From an uncultured virus (IMG/VR IMGVR_UViG_3300030095_006218) (lineage: Duplodnaviria; Heunggongvirae; Uroviricota; Caudoviricetes), in the IMG/VR virus record IMGVR_UViG_3300030095_006218: a stretch of DNA of 64,000 nt, one strand, 5' to 3'. Position 1 is the stretch's first letter, and every line of letters starts with the position of its first letter. Shown piece by piece: positions 8,655 through 19,100 of this stretch. A program made the translations under genes and the position numbers. The notes beneath the pieces are model-generated. The model saw only the letters and a program-made list of their open reading frames with translations, was not told the origin of the DNA and searched no databases.

Positions 8655-9194
8655 TTAATATCCGTAATGTCCATAGTACGCAGCATATGGTGAGCGCGTG
8701 ATATCTTTGCGAATAGAGCCCTTATTCGCAGCATGAGGTACCTCGCCTAGCTCAGTCGAATTATCTACGTTCGGCTCTGTAATAATTTCTTCAGCCTGAT
8801 CGTTATAGGCATCTACCATTTCGAAGTAAGGTCTCTCTTCGTCAATCCATTTAGAAACATTAAGTAACAAAATGTTAAGAGTATTGCCTTCTTTGCTTTC
8901 ATATACCATGCCTTCTAATGAGCCGTATACATTGCCGCCGCGAACAGATTCGAAATTAACAACGCCACGCTTTCTTAAAAAGTTAAAAAGTCTGTTTTCG
9001 GCGCCGTAAACTATTTCACTCATAATATCCTTTGGAAAGGCGACAATTTTTAAAGCACTTGGTTGAACGACAATATCGATATCAGCATGATCAAATATCA
9101 TGATGTCACCATTTAGGGCTTTGCGTGCATTTAGAGCATAAGTAATACTCTGTTCTTTGCCCTCTTTATCTCCAACGGTTAATACAAATGCCAT
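8655..9194 (-). CDS. Hypothetical head-module protein
   Basis: 179-aa ORF tightly coupled to its neighbours. Confidence 0.7.
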   Translation of the reverse strand: MAFVLTVGDKEGKEQSITYALNARKALNGDIMIFDHADIDIVVQPSALKIVAFPKDIMSEIVYGAENRLFNFLRKRGVVNFESVRGGNVYGSLEGMVYESKEGNTLNILLLNVSKWIDEERPYFEMVDAYNDQAEEIITEPNVDNSTELGEVPHAANKGSIRKDITRSPYAAYYGHYGY

Positions 9195-10009
9195 CAGCCC
9201 TGTAACTCCTGAGTAAGATTCTGAATTTTGACAAGCTCTCTAATCATCGACTCATCAATTGGTCGGGTTTTATAGCTCTCCAAAATACTAGCAACTTCTT
9301 TTGTTTTATCTAGCATTTCCTTGTCACTGGAAATTTCTGTCATCGACATAGATTCTTCAATAAGCTTCTTTAATCTACCTATCTCTTCATTTAGATAAGT
9401 TTTAAGGCCCAAGCCATTATCGGCAAAAGAAAATATGTATTGGTTTATTAATTCTTTTTGCTGCTCTGATAGCACTTGCGAATATTCATCATTGAATTTT
9501 TCAGCAAACTTCTTAAAAACAATGTTATCTACATGTTTAACCTGTTCTTCTTTCGCTGGCGTCGTGCCACACATTCTATCAATAAGTTTCTGCTCCAGTA
9601 GTACACGGCTTTTGACCGGCAACTCTTCATTAAAAATTTGAGCGATAGATGCCAAGCTGCGATAGTTTGGCACGAATGCATTGTAAGTTTCTTTCGTAAG
9701 GGTCTTGTTAACATCATTTATTAATGCGGTTTGGGCATCAAATATATCTTCGTCGTTCAGCCGGAAGCGAACACGCTTAACCTCGAAAAGCAATTTTTCA
9801 GATGTATTCAAATCCAAATTGTCGGTCTCTAACAATGTCTTATATAGTTCATTTTCTTTTGCCAGAATAGTACCTTTTTTAAAGTGCTCTTTTACAACCT
9901 TGACGATTTGACCTTTTTTTCTATCATCTTTATTAATGGTTGCTTTTGTTAATTCGTTAATAAGGGCATCAAACAAAAATGCTGTATTTCTCTTTTTGTT
10001 GTGCTTCAT
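9194..10009 (-). CDS. Putative prohead core/scaffold-like helical protein
   Basis: 271 aa, helical and K/E-rich, directly after the portal with an ATGA overlap. Function inferred from position only. Confidence 0.55.
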   Translation of the reverse strand: MKHNKKRNTAFLFDALINELTKATINKDDRKKGQIVKVVKEHFKKGTILAKENELYKTLLETDNLDLNTSEKLLFEVKRVRFRLNDEDIFDAQTALINDVNKTLTKETYNAFVPNYRSLASIAQIFNEELPVKSRVLLEQKLIDRMCGTTPAKEEQVKHVDNIVFKKFAEKFNDEYSQVLSEQQKELINQYIFSFADNGLGLKTYLNEEIGRLKKLIEESMSMTEISSDKEMLDKTKEVASILESYKTRPIDESMIRELVKIQNLTQELQG

Positions 10010-11970
10010 GTGTCTTTATTCTCCAATTTTTTTGCCTCTAAGCTTTCTAAAAGAAATTTTGTTTCCCGATCTACTTCGAATAAACGCTGTTCTTGGGCAT
10101 CTTGTTGCTTATCATAATTAGATAAGTTTTCTTCGAAAAGACCGGGAATTCTGAATTCTGGAGATATACCTGCTAAAGAATCTAAACTGCCATACCCCGA
10201 TTTCCCGGGTTGCCGACTTCTTGCGGTTTGACCATATTCCCCAACTGCCTGATTTCGCATACGCCTTCGTTTACCCCCATGTTTGCGACCGGGGGTAGAA
10301 TCATCGCGTTTGGCCGGCGGAAGGTCTTCTGGTGGCGCCGCCAACAGTACGTCATCCTCTCCTTCTGGTTCTCCAGCGAACTCTTCTCCGCCTCCTTCGG
10401 GTTCCACAATATCCTCTCCGGCGCCGGGCTCAGCGCCCGCCTCTGCCTCCAGATCGCCCATCTCGCCCATATCTTCATCGCCGGCTCCCAAGCCCAGCGC
10501 GGCTGCTTCCGCTTCAGCAGTAGCTTCGGCAACGGCCTCCAGTTGTGCTTCGAACTTACGGTCATAGAACATTTCTCGCTGACACCTGACATATTCTTCT
10601 TCGGACATGTTGAAAAGCTTTTCGGCTACCCAGCGCTTACTAAAGTAACCCTCTGTGGCGGAAGATGCTGTTTCAAACTTGACGCGCCAATGTTCAAGTT
10701 CTTGTAGCTCTGCAATCTTGGAGGGGTTGTTTAACGCCAGCTTGAATGCTAGTAGGTCATCATTGCGATACCCCATAACATAGAGATGTATAATACCTAT
10801 TTTTTCTAATTCAGAAACCATAACCCTTTGTAATCGTTGTATTGTTCTCGCAAATCGAACATCCTTTTGGGCCAATGTGGTTTTGTCCTCTTCCGCACCT
10901 TCGGCTCGGGATAGATATGATGCTGGTACCTTAAGTGCTGCAAACAACTTATCTCTCAAATATTTAACATCATCGATGTCACCGGTATATGTTGCGCCCG
11001 GCAGAGATTCGATCTTTGATGATACACCGCCGCGTACAGGTACAAAATAATCTTCTTCAATGGAGAGTGGATTATATCTTAGATCTACTCGACCGGTGTT
11101 TTCATTGACAACTTGATTACGCTTCATCTGGGTCATAACCTTCTGCATATACTGCTCGACATCTTGTGGTGCGATGGCTCCGACATCAATATAAAACACT
11201 CTACGCTCCGGTGAGCGAACAATTCGATATGCCATCATGGCATCTTCTAAAAGGGTTAACTGTCGCCAAATACGACGTGCAGCCTCCAGTACTGATGTGC
11301 CATATGGCGCGTTCTTATCATTACCAAGAATTCTAAAGTGGCTTACTTGCCAGTTTTCAAACGTCAATCCAGCAGAGTTCCACTGGTACTGAACATAGTT
11401 AGGGTTGGTCTTGTCTTCACCCTCCAGCCTTTCAACCTCTTGGGGTGGAATTCCAATCGCAGATTTAATTCCCGTAAATTCATCAATATCCAAATACAAA
11501 AAGAAGTCTCCATATTTACACATTGTACGACACCATCCAAATAAATTAAATTCAACATTTAAGACATTGTGATACAGTGATTGCAGTATAGCTTTAATTT
11601 CTTCGTTTGCACAATTGATCCTAAGCATTGGCTGTAAATCAGAGGATGTTGTCATTTCATCTGCGTATATGTCCAAGGCGGATGCAATTTCAGGTACGTA
11701 TTCCATCTGATCAAAATCGACATAACGTTCTGAGCGGCCTTGTGAAGAGATTGCCGCTGCAGCCAAGTTGTCAAATGGATTGTATACAGTTCTCTTGAAC
11801 TGCTTTCCGCTAGCGGATTTAAATGCAACGGCGTATTTGTCTAAGTGTGTACGCCTTAGTCGACGACCAGTTTGACTTCTGTAGTTTACGATTGGGCCAG
11901 AAAATAATCTGGTTAATCTTTTAAATAAATCTGATTGTGGATTGTTAGGATTGCTAGTGTTGTCTGCCAT
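10006..11970 (-). CDS. Portal protein (T4 gp20-like)
   Basis: Motifs PEIASALDIYADE, LLEDAMMAYRIVRSPERRVFYIDVG, EDYFVPVRG, IESLPG, DDVKYLRDKLFAALKVP. Long acidic C-terminal tail. Confidence 0.95.
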   Translation of the reverse strand: MADNTSNPNNPQSDLFKRLTRLFSGPIVNYRSQTGRRLRRTHLDKYAVAFKSASGKQFKRTVYNPFDNLAAAAISSQGRSERYVDFDQMEYVPEIASALDIYADEMTTSSDLQPMLRINCANEEIKAILQSLYHNVLNVEFNLFGWCRTMCKYGDFFLYLDIDEFTGIKSAIGIPPQEVERLEGEDKTNPNYVQYQWNSAGLTFENWQVSHFRILGNDKNAPYGTSVLEAARRIWRQLTLLEDAMMAYRIVRSPERRVFYIDVGAIAPQDVEQYMQKVMTQMKRNQVVNENTGRVDLRYNPLSIEEDYFVPVRGGVSSKIESLPGATYTGDIDDVKYLRDKLFAALKVPASYLSRAEGAEEDKTTLAQKDVRFARTIQRLQRVMVSELEKIGIIHLYVMGYRNDDLLAFKLALNNPSKIAELQELEHWRVKFETASSATEGYFSKRWVAEKLFNMSEEEYVRCQREMFYDRKFEAQLEAVAEATAEAEAAALGLGAGDEDMGEMGDLEAEAGAEPGAGEDIVEPEGGGEEFAGEPEGEDDVLLAAPPEDLPPAKRDDSTPGRKHGGKRRRMRNQAVGEYGQTARSRQPGKSGYGSLDSLAGISPEFRIPGLFEENLSNYDKQQDAQEQRLFEVDRETKFLLESLEAKKLENKDT

Positions 11971-11975
11971 ATTTT

Positions 11976-13571
11976 TTAACCTTTAAGTAACCATATAAAT
12001 TCTTTTTGCGCATCGATCTTTTCCTTGGTTTTATTGTTTTTGTCGTGATCGAAACTTTTGTTATACCCGTGTTGTCCCTCAATAGCGGTGCTTATTTTTG
12101 TCCCAGCTACAAACATAGAGTCGAGCATAACTTTGCTGTATTCCACCGAACGCTGGTTTATTGTAAAGACCGAATCTTTTACCCAGCACCCTATTGCTAA
12201 TGCCATTGTTAGGTCATCATTGTAACCTCTCATGGCCTGTGGCTTTCCGTTATCCCAAATAAATGTTTCCAATTCTGTTAATAACCTTGAAGAATATACA
12301 GTAATTAGTTTATTTCTCACGAATTCTTCAAGTTTTGCTATGATTAGAGGGCGAGTTTTATAAGAAGTTGTAAAACCGGGCACAACGTTGTTAACATTTT
12401 GAGCTATCAATGGGTCGACATGTTCGTGTGTGGACTTGGTAGCGTAATATATATTGGGATACTCTAGGTCAATTAACTTTTCTAAGATTGAGATTCCGAT
12501 ACCAATATTCTCAACGACGATCATACATTGTCCATATTCTTTGCCAACAGTATTAAGCATGTTTGCATATGCATCTAGAGTTGGCTTTCCTTGATATTCG
12601 GCAACTTGCTCCATTGTTTCTAGTTTTACTATGTGAAATGTTGAGTTATCTTTTCCATCTCCGCGAGCAACGTCAGCAACCACAAAATAAGTATTCTCTG
12701 GAGTATACTCTTCCCAGATCCAATAATTTCTATCAAATCCGGTTCTGTACTTTGGTTCTTTAACTAAAATCTTTAATCTCGCTAAATCATCCGGGTGCAA
12801 TACGGTATCGCCAGACGTATTAAAGTTGCACTCCAACTCTTGAGCCACTTGCCGTCTGGACATTGAGCGTATCTCTTTTTCGAACCACTCCTGATCTCTT
12901 TCAGGGTGTGCATCCCACGGCAGCATGGTTGGATAAAAATCGTTTTCCTGACTCTCTGAAGCTACGTATTCTTTATGGAACCAGTTACCAACGCCATTGG
13001 GAGTCGAGAGTGCTATACAGCGGCCACCGGTGGACAGGGTGGGATATAGACCAGTCCACAACTCATCCAAACCTTCAACGTGTGCAGCCTCATCGATAAC
13101 CAAAAGCGATAGAGCTTCTGAGCGGCCTGCGTCTGGCGAGGTGGAAATCGCTTTAATTTGCGACCCGTTAGTTAATTCAAATGATGTTCTGTTGTCCACG
13201 TTAATTTCTGCTATCTTGAGCCACTCTGGGACATTGCGCATCATACTCTTGACTTTCTTAACTAGGTTAGAAGCGGTACTAAACTTGGTTGCCATTACAA
13301 GGATATTCTTATCGCGATGAAATAGCATAAGCCAAACAATGTAGGCTGCAACAATTGTTGAGATACCTAACTGTCTGGCTTTAAGTATTATATTAAATCT
13401 GTGTGCGTTAAAATCTGTCAGTAGCTGACTTTGATAATCGTAGGTCTTAAAAGTGATTGAGCCTCTAAGTGGGTGCGATATCCTACAAAAATTATTTGTA
13501 AAATAAACCGGATCTTTACCGGCTTTTACAATTTCTTTTACAATTTCCTTTTTGGTAAGTTGATACGACAT
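11976..13571 (-). CDS. terL: Terminase large subunit (T4 gp17-like)
   Basis: Walker A-like KARQLGIST, Walker B LLVIDEAA, STPNG, QELECNF, nuclease ADVARG and NDDLTMA. Confidence 0.95.
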   Translation of the reverse strand: MSYQLTKKEIVKEIVKAGKDPVYFTNNFCRISHPLRGSITFKTYDYQSQLLTDFNAHRFNIILKARQLGISTIVAAYIVWLMLFHRDKNILVMATKFSTASNLVKKVKSMMRNVPEWLKIAEINVDNRTSFELTNGSQIKAISTSPDAGRSEALSLLVIDEAAHVEGLDELWTGLYPTLSTGGRCIALSTPNGVGNWFHKEYVASESQENDFYPTMLPWDAHPERDQEWFEKEIRSMSRRQVAQELECNFNTSGDTVLHPDDLARLKILVKEPKYRTGFDRNYWIWEEYTPENTYFVVADVARGDGKDNSTFHIVKLETMEQVAEYQGKPTLDAYANMLNTVGKEYGQCMIVVENIGIGISILEKLIDLEYPNIYYATKSTHEHVDPLIAQNVNNVVPGFTTSYKTRPLIIAKLEEFVRNKLITVYSSRLLTELETFIWDNGKPQAMRGYNDDLTMALAIGCWVKDSVFTINQRSVEYSKVMLDSMFVAGTKISTAIEGQHGYNKSFDHDKNNKTKEKIDAQKEFIWLLKG

Positions 13572-14147
13572 TCATCCCTCTTCCACTGCCTCTCCTTTCT
13601 TTCTCTTATCGTTTTTGGGGCGTTTACCTCCTAGGCCACCTTGGTCCAAAAACTTTTTCCAAGCAGCATCACGTTTCGACTGGAGGTCTCCGCGTACGTC
13701 GCTAGGCTCACGAACAGATTCTGTTTCTTTTAATCCGGCAATGTTATACATTTGATACGCTGTAACAAATGAGCGCACTCTTGAAGTGCTTTGTACCATT
13801 ATATCAATTTCGCCCTCTTTTGTTAATGTTAAAGTGTCTCCAGTGGCCTTTTTATATTCTTTTGTAATAAACTTCTTGACGTTATTGACCATGCTAGCCA
13901 TGTCATTCTCAAAATTAGTTGCGTATACATCTTTTAATTTAATATCTGTTTGGTAAAGAAGGCACAACTTATCGCCGGAAAGTTTGACCTTAAAGCCGTC
14001 AATCAATCTAGAATCTACGATTGGATCGCCATCTTCTCTTTTGAGACCAATTTTTATTGGTTCACCTTTTTCGTCTGTTGCGCCGTCGTAACCTTTTTCA
14101 CCAACTATTTGTGAGATTCCGCGAACTATTTCAAGTGTTGTAGCCAT
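13572..14147 (-). CDS. Hypothetical protein immediately upstream of terL
   Basis: 191-aa ORF abutting terL, with an AAGGA SD. No family recognised. Confidence 0.7.
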   Translation of the reverse strand: MATTLEIVRGISQIVGEKGYDGATDEKGEPIKIGLKREDGDPIVDSRLIDGFKVKLSGDKLCLLYQTDIKLKDVYATNFENDMASMVNNVKKFITKEYKKATGDTLTLTKEGEIDIMVQSTSRVRSFVTAYQMYNIAGLKETESVREPSDVRGDLQSKRDAAWKKFLDQGGLGGKRPKNDKRKKGEAVEEG

Positions 14148-14162
14148 AAGTTAAATTCCTTT

Positions 14163-14480
14163 TTATTCTTGTGTTGGCATATACATGCCCTGAGTCATAA
14201 ATCCAGTATCCATTTCTGCAGCTGCATCCGTGGGATTATTATAAACATGCTTGCCTCGGGGATCAATATCAGCCGCGTTTTCAAGCGCAATTATCAAAAG
14301 CTGTTTGGGAGTTAGAGACATGATATGTCCCTCCTGCTCTGAGCCATCGATACATAGTTTTTCGGCGTAATCATACAATTGTTGTGCGTACCCGAGCTGC
14401 ACTGACTGATCCGCCTTAGCTTCGTTAATGATCTCTTCTTCTATAATTTCTTTAAGGCGGCTTTTGTTAATTTTCATCAT
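14163..14480 (-). CDS. Hypothetical protein (start revised to 14480)
   Basis: ATGA overlap with the upstream stop and a GGAG SD. Begins MMKINKSRLKEIIEEEIINEA. Confidence 0.65.
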   Translation of the reverse strand: MMKINKSRLKEIIEEEIINEAKADQSVQLGYAQQLYDYAEKLCIDGSEQEGHIMSLTPKQLLIIALENAADIDPRGKHVYNNPTDAAAEMDTGFMTQGMYMPTQE

Positions 14481-14851
14481 GATTTCTCCGTCAATCTTTT
14501 TAGCGTTTCTTTTGGTTGAATGTTTTTGACGTAACATTTAAAACAGCATTTATATCTGTTCATGTACAAATCGTCGCGACCCTCAAAAGAATAAACTTTA
14601 CAAACTGGACATGTTCTATTACTATCTCTATTAAGTAGTTTCTTTGGGATTAAAACGCCATCGACTAAAACTTTAGAGCTTGAGTTTTGTCGAACTGTTT
14701 CTCTTTTATAAAGTTCTTTTATTTGTTCCAAATATTCTTGCTCTTTTTCTTCGTCCCAATTTGAGCGTGGATTTTGTACTGCCTCTTCGCCATACTTTTC
14801 TCGGATGGCCTTTTCTACATGCAGTGCATATTTCAAAGGATCCTTCTTCAT
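14477..14851 (-). CDS. Zinc-finger-like hypothetical protein (start revised to 14851)
   Basis: CPVC...CCFKC motifs. ATG at 14851 overlaps the upstream TGA and follows a GGAG SD. Confidence 0.65.
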   Translation of the reverse strand: MKKDPLKYALHVEKAIREKYGEEAVQNPRSNWDEEKEQEYLEQIKELYKRETVRQNSSSKVLVDGVLIPKKLLNRDSNRTCPVCKVYSFEGRDDLYMNRYKCCFKCYVKNIQPKETLKRLTEKS

Positions 14852-15294
14852 GGCGTTTTGGCTATCTCCGTTGAGGCGTAAAAAATTGCAATTGATGCTA
14901 GTGTGCCAGCTACGAACCCGCCGGCTAACCACCAGTGATTGTGCTTGTTTGGTTGATTTGTGGCAATTGCAGTAAGCCGCTCAATTTCGTCGTCCTTGAT
15001 CTGCATCATAAGCTGATGTCTTGCATCTAGCGAGTCATAGCCTATTTGTAACGTCTTGAGATCTAAGTCGCACTTTGTGCGCAATTTATCAAGTTCAAAT
15101 TGTACTTTTAAATCACATTCTGTTAATGAAAACTCATTGCATGCTAGCAGCTTTGCGGTTGCTGGAGGGTTGAATAAAGTGCCTGCAAACGGGGCCGACT
15201 GTGACTTTTCCAAAATAGTAAATTTTGGTTGTTCGTCTGCGTGAGCGGTCGTTGAAAAAGATAGTAGCAATAGTAATGCTAATTTATTTAACAT
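14848..15294 (-). CDS. Exported coiled-coil protein with C-terminal hydrophobic anchor (spanin-like)
   Basis: Signal peptide MLNKLALLLLLSFSTTAHA|D, a coiled-coil region, and C-terminal HWWLAGGFVAGTLASIAIFYA. Confidence 0.5.
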   Translation of the reverse strand: MLNKLALLLLLSFSTTAHADEQPKFTILEKSQSAPFAGTLFNPPATAKLLACNEFSLTECDLKVQFELDKLRTKCDLDLKTLQIGYDSLDARHQLMMQIKDDEIERLTAIATNQPNKHNHWWLAGGFVAGTLASIAIFYASTEIAKTP

Positions 15295-15697
15295 GTGTAA
15301 ATCCGTATTCTTCAGTTAATATTTTTGTTATTTCTTCTGGGTCTGATCGATGCTTCTTAGTAAGATCTTTAATTCTTTTCTTTTTTGCTTCATCCAATTT
15401 CTGTCCTTCTTCGGAATATCGCTCTTCGATTTCTGCAACAACTCTGTGGTAGGTTTCAACTTCTTGGTTTCGCTTTTCAACCTCTTCTGCATGGGTCTTC
15501 TCCAAGACATCCACTTGCTTTTTATAGCTATCCACAGTGCTTTCCAAAACTTTAAGAATTGCATTGTTATTCTTTCTAGTAATGCAAAAGACAACAAAAC
15601 TCAATACAACCAAAGCAACAATTTTCCAATGATGCTTTAACCAAATCCAAGATTTCTTACATACTTTTTTAGCTGCTAGCCACGTTAGTGGACTCAT
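15284..15697 (-). CDS. Inner-membrane spanin-like protein
   Basis: Basic N-terminus, one TM segment (IVALVVLSFVVFCI), then a long coiled coil. Follows the holin-like gene. Confidence 0.55.
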   Translation of the reverse strand: MSPLTWLAAKKVCKKSWIWLKHHWKIVALVVLSFVVFCITRKNNNAILKVLESTVDSYKKQVDVLEKTHAEEVEKRNQEVETYHRVVAEIEERYSEEGQKLDEAKKKRIKDLTKKHRSDPEEITKILTEEYGFTHVK

Positions 15698-15698
15698 A

Positions 15699-15887
15699 TT
15701 ATTCTCCGTGTCGATATATCTTCATTGCGTCTACAGCACCTTGTGTGCCAATATAAGCAATTGCAATCATTCCCCATGTTTCAGACTCCAAGCCATAAAA
15801 CGCTAGTAACGCGGTTGAAGTCAAAAACACCAATAGCTTTCTGGAAATTAGTTTTTGTAGGATTTTGTCTAGAATACCTTTCTGCAT
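15699..15887 (-). CDS. Holin-like 2-TM protein (start revised to 15887)
   Basis: SRKLLVFLTSTALLAFYG...WGMIAIAYIGTQGAVD. TAAGGAGG SD before the ATG at 15887 and CTAATTA at 15910-15916. Confidence 0.55.
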   Translation of the reverse strand: MQKGILDKILQKLISRKLLVFLTSTALLAFYGLESETWGMIAIAYIGTQGAVDAMKIYRHGE

Positions 15888-15909
15888 ACTGCCCTCCTTA
15901 TCCCACATC

Positions 15910-15916
15910 TAATTAG
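15910..15916 (-). promoter_or_regulatory. Putative late promoter motif CTAATTA
   Basis: About 23 nt upstream of the holin-like ATG 15887. Confidence 0.6.
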
Positions 15917-15918
15917 TA

Positions 15919-16173
15919 CTAATCTTTCTTTTCCAGATCCTGTTCATGAATAAAAGGTGTTATAAAATTGTCTAGTTTCTTAATTAATTTTTGAAGTTTA
16001 GAATTATCTTTCCTTTTCACAGCGACTGCAATCTTTTCTAGAATGTCTACATAGTCAAGAAATTTATATACGTCATCCATTCCAATTTTGATTGCGTTCT
16101 TGATCATGAGCCGATCGTCTTCGACTCTCTCGCCGCTGTATGGTAATATTATAAATTTCTTATTGGCTGACAT
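15919..16173 (-). CDS. Hypothetical protein (start revised to 16173)
   Basis: MSANKKFII...; AAGGA SD upstream; fills the gap between neighbouring genes. Confidence 0.55.
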   Translation of the reverse strand: MSANKKFIILPYSGERVEDDRLMIKNAIKIGMDDVYKFLDYVDILEKIAVAVKRKDNSKLQKLIKKLDNFITPFIHEQDLEKKD

Positions 16174-19100
16174 GTGCGTATCCTTTTCTCTTTTCAATAA
16201 CAATTTGCATATCTACACAATCTTTAAGCGAATCTAGGTGCGAAATCAAAAGCACGTTCTTAAAGTATACCTTAATTAATTCTAAAATTCTAGTAAATCC
16301 TTCCATATTTTCTTCATCAAGCGCGGTGCCGGGCTCGTCGAGAATAAATATATCACTCTTAGGAAGCGAGGATACACTGAGCAGTGATAGTCTGATTGCC
16401 ATAGCTGCCATCGTTTTCTCAGCCCCGGAAGCCATTTCAATTGGTCTTTCGGTGTGCTTAGGGTGTTTGATAAAAATATCAAACTTGTTTCCGTTAGTTT
16501 CAAAGAACACTTCGAAATCAACTATGTTTGCCAAAACTTTTGCTATCTCTTCGTTAATTACTGGAATCTTCTTTTTGATTACATCGTATGCGATACCATT
16601 TGCATGCATGCATTGCATTAGCAAGTCGTAAGCAGCGTACTCACGTTGCAGATCTTCATATTCTTTTTTCTGCTCTTTTGTCGTTGTTACTTTTTGTTCC
16701 AATGAACCTACCTCTTTATATAACTCTAATGTTTCATTGTTGCATTTATCAATTCGACTTTCAGTTTGCTGCAACTTGTGTTGACACTTGTTCAGTTGTG
16801 TTACAAGTTGCTCAAGATTTTCAATCGCCTCTTTGTTTTCATTATATTCGTCAAGCTTGGTATTCAACGCTTTGATAGAGTGATACAATCTTTCTTTGGA
16901 TAGTTTGTTCTTTTCAATTTCTAAATTAAGATCAGCAATTGTGGCAGCGACGTTCGTTTTCTTCTCGACAACTCTATGATATTTGTCTATATGCTTTTCA
17001 ATCAGGCCGGGTGTATGGGATTCTAGCTCTTGTGTAAGTGCAGCAACAGTTTCGCTATACTTATCTACCCTGTTTTGAGAAGCTGGAATCTGCTTTTTGG
17101 CCGCTTGAGCATCTTTTACAAACTTGTTTTCACAGCAATAGCTACAGTCCGGGTCGTATTCGTGTCCAGATAATAGTTTTTCTTTTTTCTTATATCTTTC
17201 CAGTTCTATAATTTCCGCACTCTTTTGAGTCTCCGTGGTTGTTATTTGCTCTTCGATATTCTTAATCAATGTCTGTTTCTGCTCAAGCTCTTCGACATCG
17301 AAAGTTTCTAAAAACTGATTAATCTTGGAATACATATCCTCGCTTTCCTTGCGAGTAGTCTGAAGTTTAATATTCTCTTCGATAAGCTTGGCTTGTCGAG
17401 AAGTGGAATTTTTAATTTGTGTCTTTACATCAACAACATCGATGATCTCGGCCGGAATTGAATCAATCTTTGCCTTAACATCTTCACAAGTTTCTGACAA
17501 CTTTTTATATGCATCCTTTAAGAGTTCACAAGTTTGCTCATGCTCAATCAGATTATCATTCGCATCATAGTAAGCAGCTTCGGCTGTTGAAATCTCTTCT
17601 TCGTAATCTCTGTTCTCTAATCTTTTCAGCGCTCCTTTAAGATCTGTGCAACTGTCTTTTGCCATCTTAAACTTTTTATCAAATATTTCTAAATCTAGAA
17701 ACTTGGCAATGATCTCTTTACGTCGGGTCGAGCCCTCGTCAATAAATGATAATGCTCCGTGTTGGCTGGCTAATGACGAAACAGAAAAGTCATCTATGGA
17801 GCCAAAGTGTTTTCTTATATTCGCATCTGTATGATTTCGCGTAAGGCCATTAAGCGATCTGGTTTCGTCCGTACTCTGATCGTAGACCTCAAAGTTCAAA
17901 TCTGTTTTTGCCTCTAAAGTTTCTTCACCTTTAAGCCTCTTTACATACTTCTCTGCTTTTCTGTGAATCGTATAAAGCCGATGACCAATTTTGATCTCTA
18001 CTTTACCCGAAGCATACTCTTTATTCTGATTAATAACATTGAGGTTCTTGCGCTCATTTTTCGAGGTTGTGTTAAATATAGTCCACAGCACAGCATCAAT
18101 AATACTGCTCTTCCCAGAAAAGTTCTTGCCAAAGATCCCTGTAATGCCATTAAGTTCATCAAAGCCGACATTGTTATCCTCTCCATAATTAAATAGGTTA
18201 TCAAATTCGAAACTTATTAATTTCCAATTTACGTTTCTAGAAATTTCTTCGTTGTCTTCGACAATCTTATTGTAGTTGCTATTAAGTTCATGTACTTTTT
18301 CAAGCGTTTCATTATCGACCTGATAGTCTTTTAAATATTCGCTAATCAATTCTTCTTGAATATTGATATCTCGCAGGTTTTCTGTCTTAAGGTTATTAGT
18401 TATGTCTTCTACATTTCCGCGCTCTCCAGCGGCGCGATTTAAAAACGAAATGCTTTCTGGTTTAAACCTGCGTTTAGCAACGTCTACAGCATGCTTCATG
18501 ACGTCCAAAGGCAAATTATTGTTACTAACTAATCTGAGACGTGCGCCTTCGGCAACTTGGACTTTGTATGGCATCTTGCCGCGAGGTGTCAACTCAATTG
18601 TCACAAACGGCTTTGGATTTTCAAACGCCACGTGCTCGCATACAAAATCGTCTTTATCTGCAATGTCCCACAATAGCAGACCCTTATCGTTTGTTTCTCC
18701 GTGATTCTGTTGAATTGTAGAGCCGGCATAGCGTACGCGACCGTGCTCATCCAATACTTGGCAGCGGTGAATATCTCCCAGCATCGCAAAGTCAAAATCT
18801 TTAAAGATGCTAATTTCATCCTCTCCATTCGTCATGGTCCAATTCATATCTGTCTTACAACGGCTAATAGAGCCATGATAGAGGGCAATGTTAATCTTGT
18901 CAGGCTCTGTGGGTGTTATCCAATTTTCACGATCAAATACCGAAAGCACATTTAGGCAAAACTTATCATCCAAATGTGTCTCACCAGAGTCTTTAAGCAA
19001 GTGCAGGTCTGGCAAGTTTAACGCATCTGCAATCGGACTGAGTGCGTCTTGACGGCTGCTGTTCTTTAGATTGCCATCGTGGTTTCCAAGTATGATATAT

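Noticed and set aside
14477..16203. Track start positions 14537, 14932, 15908 and 16203
   Set aside because: These give long overlaps or lack an SD. Downstream ATGs (14480, 14851, 15887, 16173) have SDs and/or ATGA coupling.
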